Positions 1-13,089 of a DNA stretch of 64,000 nt are shown here, in pieces. Made by a program: the position numbers and the translations under genes. The notes under the pieces are model-generated. The model searched no databases, had not been told where the DNA came from, and worked only from the letters and a program-made list of their open reading frames with translations. The stretch's first letter is position 1; each line of letters begins with the position of its first letter. This stretch comes from Eledone cirrhosa (taxonomy: Eukaryota), in the NCBI GenBank assembly GCA_964016885.1, contig OZ024743.1, positions 323,392,001-323,456,000 on the forward strand, given 5' to 3'.

Positions 1-94
1 AACAATAACAATGTTAATAATATTGAGTTACGTGAAGTTGATAAAGATGCCTTGTTATAGTCCTATATTAAGGAGAGTCCTTTAAATAAATAAC

Positions 95-277
95 TGTTTC
101 TATTTTAGGCACAAGGCCAGCAATTACCCAGTACATTACTGGTACTTTATTTTATCGACCCCGTAAGGATGAAAGGCAAAGTTAACCTCGGCGGGATTTG
201 AACTCAGATCATAAAGGGACGTAACTATGCTTCAAAGCATGGTGTCCGACTCTCTACCGATACTGCCAATCCACCTC
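95..277 (-). mobile_element. tRNA-derived SINE; partial copies at about 1020-1121, 31444-31503 and 32749-32835
   Basis: A box tggcagtatcgg, B box gagttcaaatcc, shared gcctttcatcc...gtcgataaaataaagtacc core. Confidence 0.8.
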
Positions 278-635
278 ACCTTTCATTGTCATTATACTCT
301 ACCAAACTTTACCACCTCAATGATATTTTGACTTGTTGCTTTTGCTTCTTTTAAACATTTGTATTCTTAACTGATTCACAATTTAATTTACTGCTAAATA
401 TTTCTTCACTGCTTAAATAAACCAACAAGAGAACCTCTATATGACCAGTCAAACTACTAGAAATAACATAATATTCCCCTTGTATCACACCCTATCATCT
501 TTAAAAAGACACATTGGGTATTATAGCCCTGTATATATTGTGGAACAGCTTTGACTTTAGGTCTGCTGGAGGTAAAAAAAAAACAACCTAACAACCTTCT
601 ATATTCATATACAGCCTAAAGGCTAAGTTGGTACC

Positions 636-771
636 ATCTCCTCCTGATGTGGAGAAACAGGAAATGGCCTTAGCAACAGATCTCCTCTAAGTGTGGAGAA
701 ACAGGAGATGGCCTTAGCAACAGATCTCCTCCTCATGTAGAGAAACAAGAGGTGGCCTTAGCAACAGATCT
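636..771. repeat. 44-bp tandem repeat, 3 copies
   Basis: tgtggagaaacaggagatggccttagcaacagatctcctc-like unit repeated. Confidence 0.85.
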
Positions 772-3700
772 CTATACTACTCTGTTCCTGACAGTTTCAT
801 GTATTATCTAGTCTTTCAGTAGTGGAAACATAATTCAGTAAGGATAAGTTTTCATTTTATCCCGTTACTAGAACATATGGTAATACAGTAGAAAGGGGTG
901 ATAAATCCTCAGACCACTGCCAGAGCTTCACCTTTGGCTGTCTTATGCAAGTAAGATCTTTGGATATTTGCTGCATTTCTAGGCATCTCTACATGGCAGT
1001 ATTGAAGTTGATAATTAATTGTTTCTACTTTAGGCACAAGGCCAGCAATTGCCCAGTGCATTACTGGTACTTTATTTTATCGACCCCGTAAGGATGAAAG
1101 GCAAAGTCAACCTCAGCGGGATAATTAATAACCTATATTCATAGCTTAAAGTAAAACAATAGTTAACAGCATTTCTGTATCTATCTATTTTAGTTGTCTT
1201 TAATTATATTAGCTATTTTTTTTTTTACAGGGGACATCTTATACATTCCTTTTCCATATTTCATGTTTACTTTTCAGTAATTCTGAGAGTCACTTTTATA
1301 ATAACAAATTGACAGAGTTGTTAGAGTATAGAGCAAAATGCCTTGCAGTATTTTTTCTGAGTTTAAATCCTTTGGGAGTTGATAAAATAAAGTACCAGTC
1401 CAATGGAGAAATGGAGTGGTGGAATTCTTAGAACATAAGACAAGATGCCTTGTGGTATTTGTTCTGAGTTCAAATACTGCCGTGGCCTACTTAGGTGGTT
1501 GACTTTATTCATAAGTCAGGTAAACACCACTCCAACCAGGCTCTTGGGTACCTTTAGCAAAGTCCACTCTGTTGCTAGCTTTAGGACTAGGTTTCCTGTT
1601 TGAGGATACTTTTCTCCCTCCCACCAATCTCAGAAGCCATAAAAAGGAGGATAAGAACTGCCCTTCCTTCCCTGACTCCCTGAACAATAAAAATAAATAT
1701 TCAAGAATATTAATTTATATGGAGCAGAGTCAACAAGGAAATTCTGTAAATAGTAAAAATGGCTAAAGCTGAAATTACTGTTTGCACAAAAATATATTCT
1801 GAAGTCAGAAAGGTGTTAGTTTAGCCTCATCAATTATTGTTTTCTGGACACCACAAAAGATATTAAACAAGCATTGCACTTGTTTATGTTAACTGGAGAC
1901 AAGCATTAATTTAATATCTCCATTTTGAATTTAATAAATCAATTATTCAATTAGTAAAACTTCTCTTTATATATATATATATAATATATATGTGTGTGTG
2001 TAATATATATATGAGAGAGAGAGAGAGAGAGAAAAAAAACAGAGAGGAGAGAGGGAGACTGATATCAGATAATCTTAGTTAAAATCAAAGAACACCAAGT
2101 TTAAATCCATGTTAATTAGAATTAATCTATAGAGTTTATATACTTATCTGAACAGTGAATTCTGCTGGAGAACGATGGTTCAAATATATATACATATAGA
2201 TGTATTCATATATACATACATATATATATATATCGAGAGAGAGTGAGAGAGAGAGATTTTGAAAACCTCAGATATTTTCCTATTAGCATGCAAGAAAATA
2301 TAGAAATCTTCTGAATACACACAAATATATTACAAATGACAAATAGCAACTAGACTGACAAAAGCTGAGAGTGTTTTTCAAAAGCAATTATTTATATTTG
2401 GAAATAAAATTTGATTGAACTTTATCTATTGACTTTAGAAATCATATTAAATGTTGAAATTTGATTTGTTTTTATACATATGACAATGTATAAGGAACAA
2501 TGTCTATTGCTATTAGTTTTTAAAAGGAATATAGAGCAAGCATGTGTAAGTATATATAATTAAAAATAATACATCTTACCAGTTTATATTATAAAAGTTT
2601 ATACAAGTGGGATAGGTCTGTGGGAAGGAAAACTTTGAAAAATTGATTAATAAACCAATCAATAATTTGATTTTTCAAAAGTATGGTTATTTTGGATCCA
2701 CAAGAAGATATGATTTTCATAACTGATTATAAAAATAGAAACGATGCTGTAAAATTATAGTAAGAATGAAAAGAGGAGGTTGGGGTGGCTTTCATGTTTT
2801 CTCAAGAACATTTACAATGTAAGTAAAGAAGTGCAATACCTGTATAGAAATATACTAGTCTAATACTAGTAGAACAATATAAGTTACAATAGCTGTATAG
2901 TATTACAGTAGACTAATGCTAGTAGTGCAATATCTATAGAACAATATTAGTAAAACAATTTTAGATTTATTTAATATATTATTAAAATTATATTGGTGGG
3001 GACAGTCAGTAAAATATAGGAAGGGGTTCTGCAACAAAAATAAGTTTGAGAACCACTGCAATACTAGTAGACAAATATAGTAGTGCAGTACTATTTTTCT
3101 CTACTAGTACTAGTAGTGCAATATAGAACATACAATACAGTAGTGTAATATCTAATATGTGAAAGTGCAATGACTAATATTTCTATCGATCAAATTTTAA
3201 CTATGCAAAATAAAATGTATTCTACTATTTATATATATAACTGAGGCATGAAACATAAATACTATTATTTATATATATATAACCAAAGCATTACATATTT
3301 ATACAACTATTTATACATACGAGTGAGGCATAACACATGTATACTACTATTTATACATATAACTGAAGCATAACACAAAACCAAGCAGATACAACAATGT
3401 AGGCAGACAACGAAAAAAGCAGACCATCTTCACAATAAAACTTATATCAGGTAACAATCAGCTTTAAACTGAAGAGTAAGCAAAACTTCAACACATCCAC
3501 CGAAATAACAGAAAAATATATTCCTTCAAATATTTTTTTTACTGGATTCTGAGAGTATTCATGTTCCTATTATAAAACAAGATATTTTATATATTTATTT
3601 TATATCATAATGACAAGTTAACAATAGTATTGTTAGTGAGAGGTTTCCAGTTGGCCTGTTACTGGTTCACTGCATTTCTGACAATGCAAAGTCTATAACT

Positions 3701-4485
3701 TGGTATAGAAAGTGCACCACCAGTCTATTGGTTTAATTACCACTGTTTACATCTCTAGACAATATGAATATGTTGAGATAGCAATAAGTTAATCTACATC
3801 CCACCAAAAGTGTACATCTCTATTAGTCTAAGCGGTACTATAAATTTAATATGTACACATGCACAATATATAAGTTAAGTCTGCAAAATATGTGCACAAG
3901 TGGATCTCTATGAAACATGCAGATTTGTGTGTAAATGCGAGTGGGTCTATATAATGTGTACAATTAAGTGCAAAATGTGATATAATTAAACAGCACATGT
4001 TTACTTACAAAACTCCATGGTTACAGGTTTGAACAGTACAACAATTCATACACCCAAATAGCAAACAATTTTCAATTACAATATTAATTTCAAGAAATAT
4101 GGTTAAATGTTTCTAGAAGTAGCATTATACACATGTTCTTGAATTAAAGTTCTTATGTTACATATGTAAAATGAAAGTAGGCTCAATATAACCTAGTGGA
4201 ATAAAGATATGGTAGTTTCATGCTTTGTTCAACTAAAGCATGACTCAGGTTGAGATAGCTGAATAACAGTAGAGTGACAATCTACACTGAATGAATCCTA
4301 TGCAAAGAGAACATGGATAGTTAAGAAGTTTGCTTCACAACTACATGCTCTTCAGTTCTATCTGACTTAGGTCAGCCAATGCTTTATGAGCAAATTTGGC
4401 AGATAGAAACTATATATATATTGTCTTAATTTTTTAAAGACAATATTTGCTCGCAATTTTTTTCAAAGTATTTACATCTGCATCC

Positions 4486-4564
4486 ACAGATTGAAATATC
4501 TCAGTTTCAGAAGATCCCACTTTAAGGTGAAAGCAGGAAGTGCTTGTTTAAACTTTTAATCTGT
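4486..4564 (+). ncRNA. Hammerhead-like motif with variant CAGAAGA core
   Basis: AGUUU CAGAAGA u CC...GG u GAAA GCAGG aagug CUUGU UU AAACU; distal stem ACAGAUUG/UAAUCUGU. Confidence 0.6.
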
Positions 4565-5989
4565 GCTAATAATAAATGTATATATATATATATATATGTA
4601 TATGTATATGCATGTGTGTGTGGTGTGGTATGTGTGTGTGTTACTGGATCTGCCTCATCCCTACTTTGGATTTGATATTGGTAGTGCTATTCGTTTACAT
4701 TCTGCATATACGGAAGTACTGTGGCTCAGTGGTTAGACATACAAATACCCATCCTTACTTAAAAAAACAAGCGACGGTTGGCACCAGAAAGGGTATCCAG
4801 CCACAGAATTCTGCCTCAAAAATTCTCATCTAACCCATAAAATAATGATGATGATATGTATACTGACAATATGTCAGTTGAAAATCAGTTTTTATAATTA
4901 TAAAAACAATGGCCCATCTTTCTAAATAAAGAGCAATATATTTTAATACATTTATATTATCATCATCATTGTTTAACATCCGTTTTCCCTACCATGTATG
5001 TGTGTGTGTGAATTATATATTTTAAGTATTGTAAAGTGTTTGTGTTCTTTGACAACCCTTTATAAGGAACAACTAAGCTACAACCTGCCTTGTATTGTAT
5101 CTGTGTTATAGCCATTATAGTCACATTTCTTATATGGTTCTTTCATGAAAAATCACAAGAATATTTTATTCTAAAACACACACTTAGAAAGGCTTTAAAG
5201 TGAAGATTCTCTTTACTAAACATATTTTTACATAGAATATGACTAAAAGAAATATTTTTTAATTACACAAATAGAATGGCTTATATTTTAATGTGAGGTA
5301 TAGTAAGGTATAATGATAAATCTGATAAGTGAAAAAAAAGAAAAGTATCAAATATAAAACAGACAGACAAAGCTCCAAAATTTTTAACAGACGAATATAG
5401 ACACACACCAAAAAATTAAGAAAACAAATTGTTACCTTCTGGTATTGAAGATGTCATGTACATCAATGTAATTAGAATATATCTTAGTAACAATTGTATA
5501 TATTTGAATTGTTAGTCCATAATAAACCATACAAAAAACGTAACACACAGCAAAGATGGTTGGTTTTTTTTCTGTCTCTATAAATGCTAGATGATAGAGA
5601 TCTCTGGTGAGAGGCTGAGACCCATCCAACCCAAGCCAGTATAGAAAAATGGGTGCAAAATGAGGACAATGATGATGGAATTATGATTATATCACTGAAT
5701 CTTGCTTAAGATAAGTTCAGAAAAAGGCAACAGCATTGATGAGGTAAGAAATTGATGTATGACAATATATGCTGTGTTTATAAATAGATTTGATGAGATA
5801 AACCATAGCTAGTATTTGGATCAGTGATTATTTCAATATTCTAAAACTAACAATTCTACTTCCCAGAAAAAGCTGGAAATAGGCCTACCTAGACCAGATG
5901 CGAAATATAGGCTCCATTTCAAACTGCTCATTAAATGAGATGGACATAGACGGGATGGTCATGGCTGAAACACCTTTCATCACAAGTCT

Positions 5990-6930
5990 GCTCAATGAGA
6001 GCTGACCAGAGACTAAGGATACAAGTTTTAGTAGGAAAAGACAAGGCACTATTGCCATTTGAGAAACAGTCATACTCAATACACAGAAAGAAGAAGAGCA
6101 AATTCCATATGGCATACCCAATGGAAACTATGGATACATGGGAGGTATTTGAGGGTCAGTGTACATAGCTATGACCCCCAAAATACCTCCTATATACCCT
6201 GTTGACATAGTTATGACTCCCCTCCAAATACTTTTTATGTACCCTGTCAACATAGGAGGTATTTTGGGGGTCATAGCTATGTTGACAGGGTACATAAAAA
6301 GTATTTGGAGGGGAGTCATAACTATGTCAACAGGGTATATAGGAGGTATTTGGGGGTCATAGCTATGTTGACAGAGAAGTAAGACTTCATATGTAGCAGC
6401 TACAAAAGCGTAACTAGCAGTAAGAATACCCATAAAATAAACTCTTTCGAAAGCTTGGAGGACTCACTAGAAGTAATCAATGGCTTCTGTTGCCTAGGTG
6501 ACATAATTAGCAGTGAAGGAGAGTGTTCTAGAAGAGCAACCAGAGTAGAAATGGGATGGCAAACATTCAGGGAGTTATTACCCAAGCTGACAACAAAGGG
6601 ATTCTCTTGCTGACTTGCTGAGTGAAGAGCAGATTATATGATTCTCGTGTATGAAGTGTAGTGTTTCATGATAGCTATACACAGACATTGAACGCAGAGA
6701 ATGTGTGAAGGCTGGAAAGAAATTAAGGTTACATGCCCCAATGGATGTGTAATGTGAGTGTTCATGAGCTGAGAGAAAAACTGAGTGTAAGAAGAATCAG
6801 ATGAGTGTGCAAGAGAGATGACTGCACTAGTATGGACATGTGATGTATCTGAGTGATAACATTGGGGTAAAAAAATATCTAGTGATCCAAATGAAAGAAA
6901 TATGTGGAGAAAGACGAAGACTGACCAAGC
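5990..6930 (+). mobile_element. Decayed RTE C-terminal fragment containing a fold-back rearrangement
   Basis: Nucleotide similarity to the RTE 3' coding region, with stops and frameshifts; boundaries approximate. Confidence 0.65.
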
Positions 6931-7369
6931 AGTGTGTATGTGTGTGAGGAGGAGTTTATACAAGTGAGTGTATGAGTGTGGTGAAGGGTTTACACAACAA
7001 GCCTGTGTGTATGTGGGGAGGGATTTACTCAAGTGTGCATATGAAAAGCAACTCTGTGCAAGTAGTCAAACATGCTTAAATGCATGCATATTTTTACAAA
7101 TGCATCTGCATGAAATGTGTGAATGTATATACATGTGTGTTTATGCAAAGTTATGTAAATACATGAATGCCTGTGTGAATGCATGCATACACATATACCT
7201 GGCCCCTATCACTCTTTGTTGACACAAATCACTCTGCTAATTTCTTACAACACTCTCCCCCACTTCCGTTAGTCCTCTTTTAATCACCTTGTCTCCCTCT
7301 CTCTAGCATGTACCTGCCCATCACTGCCTCTCTTCCATTGCTAACTCCCCTACCACCATAGTAGCATAA

Positions 7370-7880
7370 TAGATAGAATAAGAATAGGGTGGAAGATATT
7401 TAGAGAGTTACTCCCTCTATTGACAACAAAATATCTCTCCCTGTGAATGAAAGTTCAGTTGTATGATGCCGGTGTGTGAAGTGCAATGCTGTATGGTAGT
7501 GAGACATGGGTAGTGACTACAGAAGACATGTGAAGGCCGGAGAGAAATAAAGCAAGCATGGTTCGATGGATGTGCAATATTAATGTGAGAGAATGACAAA
7601 GTACGGGTGAACTGAAACAAAAACTGGCTATAAGAGGAATCAAATATAGTGATGCATGTCGAAGATGATCGCTGGGTGAAGAAGTGCCAAGAAATCCCAG
7701 TGGATGGAAGCCACAGTAAAGGAAGACCAAGAAAGACTTGAATGGAAGTAATGAGAGCTGATCTCAAATCGCTGAAGCTCAAAGAGAAGATGACAAAGGA
7801 ATATGTAGAGTAGAGATGTGCTGAAAAAGTCCTTTCAAAAACATTTGAGCAGGGAAAAGCAAATGTAGGACGATGATATA
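7370..7880 (+). mobile_element. Decayed RTE 3' fragment
   Basis: Remnants of GSETW, WMCNI and GRPRKT; boundaries approximate. Confidence 0.75.
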
Positions 7881-8171
7881 TACACATGTGAGCAGAGTAC
7901 AGGTTTTATCTTTTCAAAGAAAATTATGTTAATGACTTTGAAGTTGTAGCATTAATGAGCCTCATTAGTGTATGCATACACATACATTCTTTTTCTATTC
8001 ATATATAGTCTGAATGATAAATGGTCGAATATATAAAAACAATTAACATTTAATCATCAGTATATAATCGTGTCATTAAACTAAATAATACCACTGTGAG
8101 TATATGCTTGTGAGTGTATGTGTGTACACTGACATATTAGCACACGTGTGTGTGTACAAATATATAATAGG

Positions 8172-8449
8172 CAGGGCCAGCACTACCATATAGGCAAACT
8201 AGGCAGCCACCGCTGATTTCAAGGGGTGCATTTCTCCAAACCAGTAACAATTTTGAAAAATAAATAAATAAATTTCAGTTTTATTGAGGGTCGTTTTTTA
8301 TCCTGTTTTATTTCATACAGGGACAAATAAATGTTGAAAAAAATTTTTTTTTTAATTCATTGTTTATAAATTTTGAAATTGATATTTTCCTTTGGGAGTG
8401 TTAGAATCTAAACTTGCCTAGGGTATCAGATAGTCTGGCACCAGCCCTG
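8172..8449. mobile_element. hAT-type MITE
   Basis: Termini cagggccagcac and gcaccagccctg; perfect 8-bp TSD ataatagg at 8164-8171 and 8450-8457. Confidence 0.85.
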
Positions 8450-8504
8450 ATAATAGGTATGTGTCATTTGCGCACACACAACTACTGTCATTCATTATCA
8501 GAAT

Positions 8505-9384
8505 ATACATGTAGATTGAGTATATATATATACATGTAGATACAGTATATACACACACGTAGATACAGTATATACACACACACATGTAGATACAGTATAT
8601 ACACACACACATGTAGATACAGTATATATACACACACATGTAGATACAGTATATATACACACACATGTAGATACAGTATATATACACACATGTAGATACA
8701 GTATATATACACACATGTAGATACAGTATATACACACATGTAGATACAGTATATATATACACACGTAGATACAGTATATATACACACATGTAGATACAGT
8801 ATATACACACATGTAGATACAGTATATATATACACACATGTAGATACAGTATATACACACATGTAGATACAGTATATATATACACACATGTAGATACAGT
8901 ATATACACACATGTAGATACAGTATATATATACACACATGTAGATACAGTATATATACACACATGTAGATACAGTATATACACACATGTAGATACAGTAT
9001 ATATATACACACATGTAGATACAGTATATATACACACATGTAGATACAGTATATACACACATGTAGATACAGTATATACACACATGTAGATACAGTATAT
9101 ATATACACACATGTAGATACAGTATATATATACACACATGTAGATACAGTATATATACACACATGTAGATACAGTATATATATACACACATGTAGATACA
9201 GTATATACACACATGTAGATACAGTATATATATACACACATGTAGATACAGTATATATATACACACATGTAGATACAGTAAATATATACACACATGTAGA
9301 TACAGTATATATACACACATGTAGATACAGTATATATATACACACATGTAGATACAGTATATATACACACATGTAGATACAGTA
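8505..9384. repeat. 24-28 bp minisatellite (tacacacatgtagatacagtata...)
   Basis: Direct inspection; reverse-complement array at 9790-10178. Confidence 0.92.
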
Positions 9385-9677
9385 TGGCGGTGGATTGGCA
9401 GTATTGGTGGAGGGTCGGACGCCATGCTTTCCAGCATAGTTACGTCCCTTTATGATCTGAGTTCAAATCCCGCCGAGGTTAACTTTGCCTTTCATCCTTA
9501 CGGGGTCGATAAAATAAAGTACCAGTAATCATCATCATCAACGTTTAACGTCCGTGTTCCACGCTTGCATGGGTTTGGACGGGGGTTTTCCCACTTGAGG
9601 CAAGAGTGATTGCCTTGCTCGCATAGGACTGTCTGGGTACTGGGTAATTGCTGGTCTTGTGCCAAAAGTAGAAACAA
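9385..9677 (+). mobile_element. Same tRNA-derived SINE family, interrupted by an antisense RTE 3' tip (about 9527-9636)
   Basis: Reverse complement of 95-277 with the RTE (GAT)n end inserted. Confidence 0.82.
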
Positions 9678-9789
9678 TTATCAGAATATACATGTGATAG
9701 TAGACTGACAGCAGAGATAAGTGGATAATACAGGTGATGGCTGTTAAGTGAGGGAAGATGGTTGTTAGGTGGAATAAAAGATTTAGTAT

Positions 9790-10178
9790 ATATATATGTG
9801 TATATACTATATCTACATGTGTGTATATATACTATATCTACATGTGTGTATATATACTGTATCTACATGTGTGTATATACTATATCTACATGTGTGTAAG
9901 CTGTATTTGCATGTATGTATATATACTGTATCTACATGTGTGTATATACTGTATCTACATGTGTATATATACTGTATCTACATGTGTATATATACTGTAT
10001 CTACATGTGTGTATATATACTCTATCTACATGTATGTATATATACTCTATCTACATGTGTGTATATACTGTATCTACATGTGTGTATATATACTCTATCT
10101 ACATGTGTATATATATACTCTATCTACATGTGTATATATACTCTATCTACATGTATGTATATATACTCTATCTACATG
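9790..10178. repeat. Inverted copy of the 8505-9384 minisatellite
   Basis: tatactgtatctacatgtgtgta units. Confidence 0.9.
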
Positions 10179-10889
10179 CATGTTCACTGCTTTCACAGCA
10201 TGCTCCTCCTTCAATTGTGTCCAACTGATGGTATTGAAAAATATCCTCCGAGTAAAATAGCTATTACGTAGCATCAAAGAAAGGAGAGCGCAGCTCTATG
10301 TAATCACTTCACTTGCTAGAAATAACAGCCAAATCTCTCTCAAATCATAACCTTATGCCTTTAAAAAAGGGAGGCATTCAAGTCTGTATTCTTAGATAAA
10401 AAACAACAAAACAAATAAATAAAGAATCAATAAGTAAACAACAACGAGAGAGAGAGAGAGAGAATATGGTCACAGCTGGAATGCTGTTTTGGTTACAGTT
10501 CTGTTAAATCATGCTAATATATGGCTAACCGACAGTCATGACTTATATTTCATTCAAAAGAAATAATGAATATTTTGAAAAATACACAAACAAATAAATA
10601 GCAGAAGCTATAAAGATATTAAGTTGGCAATGTCACTGAAATGTTCTCTCTCATTTAAATAACAATGATGACCTATTTTAAGAGTTGTTGAATAAGTATT
10701 ATAATTGCATACATTCAGAAACACCATCAATTATCTTAATTTATTCATCCAGTTGTAACCAAATTACGGTAAATTAAAACAAAAAACATCACCCAGCAAA
10801 ATAACTATTATGTATGAATGAGAATACCTCTATGTAGTTGTTAGATCTGCTATAAATAGCAACCAAATATCCTAGTCTAAAAGTCTAAA

Positions 10890-11168
10890 GTCTGTATTAA
10901 GCCAGAAGGCTTGTTAGGCCAGTGCTTATGCCGGTTTCATGGCATGAAGCGACTGAGAATACAACACTTTCCCCTGGACAGAACTCAAGTCCATCGCAGG
11001 GTTAAACCCTCAGCTATTGCTGGTACTCATTTTCAGCTGAGTATACTGGAGCAACATGAAATGAAGTGTTTTGCTCAAGAATACAACACACAACCCAGCC
11101 CAGGAATCAAACCAACAACATTATGATCGTAAGTCCAACACCCTTACCACTAGGCCATGCACCTCCAC
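10890..11168 (-). mobile_element. tRNA-derived SINE; related head at 54237-54355 on the plus strand
   Basis: tggcctagtggt A box, ggtttgattcc B box, ttcttgagcaaaacactt core. Confidence 0.7.
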
Positions 11169-11384
11169 ACCAAATATCCTACTTTCTTAAAAAGGCAAAA
11201 GAAACATTCAACACTGTAGTTCTAGATATGAAAAAAAAACTTTAAGAGATGGTCATGGTTGAAATGTCTGATTATACATCATCCCAATCAAGCAGACCTG
11301 GAACTAAACAGAACTGTTTTAACTCACTGTCAGTATTTGTTATTTAATCATTATCAAACATAAAACTGCTTAACTAAAACCTAT

Positions 11385-12203
11385 CATCATCATCACCGTT
11401 TTACATTCGTTCTTCCATGTTAGCATGGGTTAGACGGGTTGTCCTGTTGTGGGCAGTGTCTGGTCAGCTGACCTTGTCTTGCTCATACAGGAACTGATTC
11501 TGGCTTGATTTCTACAGTTGGATGCCCTTCCTAACACCAACCTCATTTACAGTGAGTGCTGGGTGCTTTTTTTCCGTGGCGCCTACACGTCCACTTTACA
11601 GTGTGGGCTAGGTGCTTTTTTGCTGTGGCACCTCCACAACCACTTTGCAGTGGGAGGGTGTGGCGGTATATTGTCTATATGCTTCAGCTTCGGCTTGTAC
11701 CCATGGGAGGTCGAGATACTCTGTATTACTGCGCGACGCCAGAGGTTACAGTCGTGTGTCATCGCCTTTGAGAGGTGTAATTGGGTAAGGTTGGCTTTTA
11801 TCACCTCATCCCAGGTCTTCTTGGGTCTCCCCACTCTGTGGTTTCCATCGACTTCTAGTGCTCTGCACCTTTTTATGCAGCTGTCATCCTTCATACGCAT
11901 CACATGTCCATACCAACGCAACCGCCTCTCCTGCACACAACATTTGATTCCTCTGATGCTCAGTCTCTCTCTCAATTCATTTATGCTTTGCCGTTTGCGT
12001 ATATTACTATTACACATCCATCTGAGCATGCAGGCTTCGTTTCTTTCTAATCTACAGAAGTCTTCCACAGACAGCGCCCAGGTCTCACTACCATGTAACA
12101 TTGCTGTTCGGATACACGCATCATACAGTCTGCCTTTCATTTTGAGGGAAAAGCCTTTTGCAGCTAGCTGTGGCAGTAGTTCCCTGAATTTCTTCCATCC
12201 CGT
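11385..12203 (-). mobile_element. 5'-truncated RTE fragment
   Basis: ORF 11583-12215 (GWKKFRELLP, LHGSETW, LRWYGHV) plus 3' UTR and GAT tail. Confidence 0.9.
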
Positions 12204-13089
12204 GTATTTATTCATGCATGCATGTATGTATGTATATATATGTATGCTTAAGGAAGTAAGTTAAATCCACACACCACCTTCATAAATGAAACTTAAGGGT
12301 CAGTCCACCTCATGGTCCCAGCCAACAGGATGGCGAAGACATATCCAATTCAACAAATCACATGAACCAAAAAACAAGCATGGTTCAAAAGAAAGCTTAA
12401 AGAGCAATTGCTCTGAAAACAAAGCAAAAAGTTCAATTGTTCTGTAAAAAAAAAGCAAAAAGTAAAATTGCTTTCTGTGTGTAAAAGAAAGTGCAATGTT
12501 CTAAAATACATAGTTATGTATTTATCCTCTTGAAATAAAAATTTAGCAGAAACAAACACAAAATTCAATTTCCTTGGACAAAGTACCAACTTTAAGTTAT
12601 TGCAGAGAATAATGTGTATACAAATTATTTTAAATAGTAATATGGTACATTTCTATAGTTCACTATAGGTATACTTTAGGTGGTAATATAGTACATAATT
12701 TCTATAATTCAGTATAGGTACATTTTAGATAAGATAACAAATTGGCAGAGTCACTAGAACATCAGATAGAATGCTTTGTGGTATTCATTTCCACATTCTT
12801 CTCTCTGAGTTTAAATCCCACCTTTCATCCTTTCGAGATCAATAGAAATGTACCAGTCAAATTTTGGGTTCAGTTCTTCCTCTATATCTCTTTCTCACTT
12901 CCATTCTTTCCTTCTCTAAAAGAAATCAGCTGTGTTCAAACCTGGAGAGGGATGGGGTCCACCAGGTTTAAAAGATGCCCTAGGAATGCTGTATGTCAAT
13001 ACGGTGCCCCTACGACTCCTTCGTGAATTATGGGACTATGCAAGTATACTTTATATAGTACATAATTTCTATATAAATCTGCAGAACAT

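Noticed and set aside
1552-1679. Minus-strand segment with plausible acceptor and donor (ESGKEGQFLSS...)
   Set aside because: No recognisable protein similarity and no linkable neighbouring exons.
8418-10271. Long ORFs (to 339 aa) with CIYMCVY repeats
   Set aside because: Minisatellite translations.
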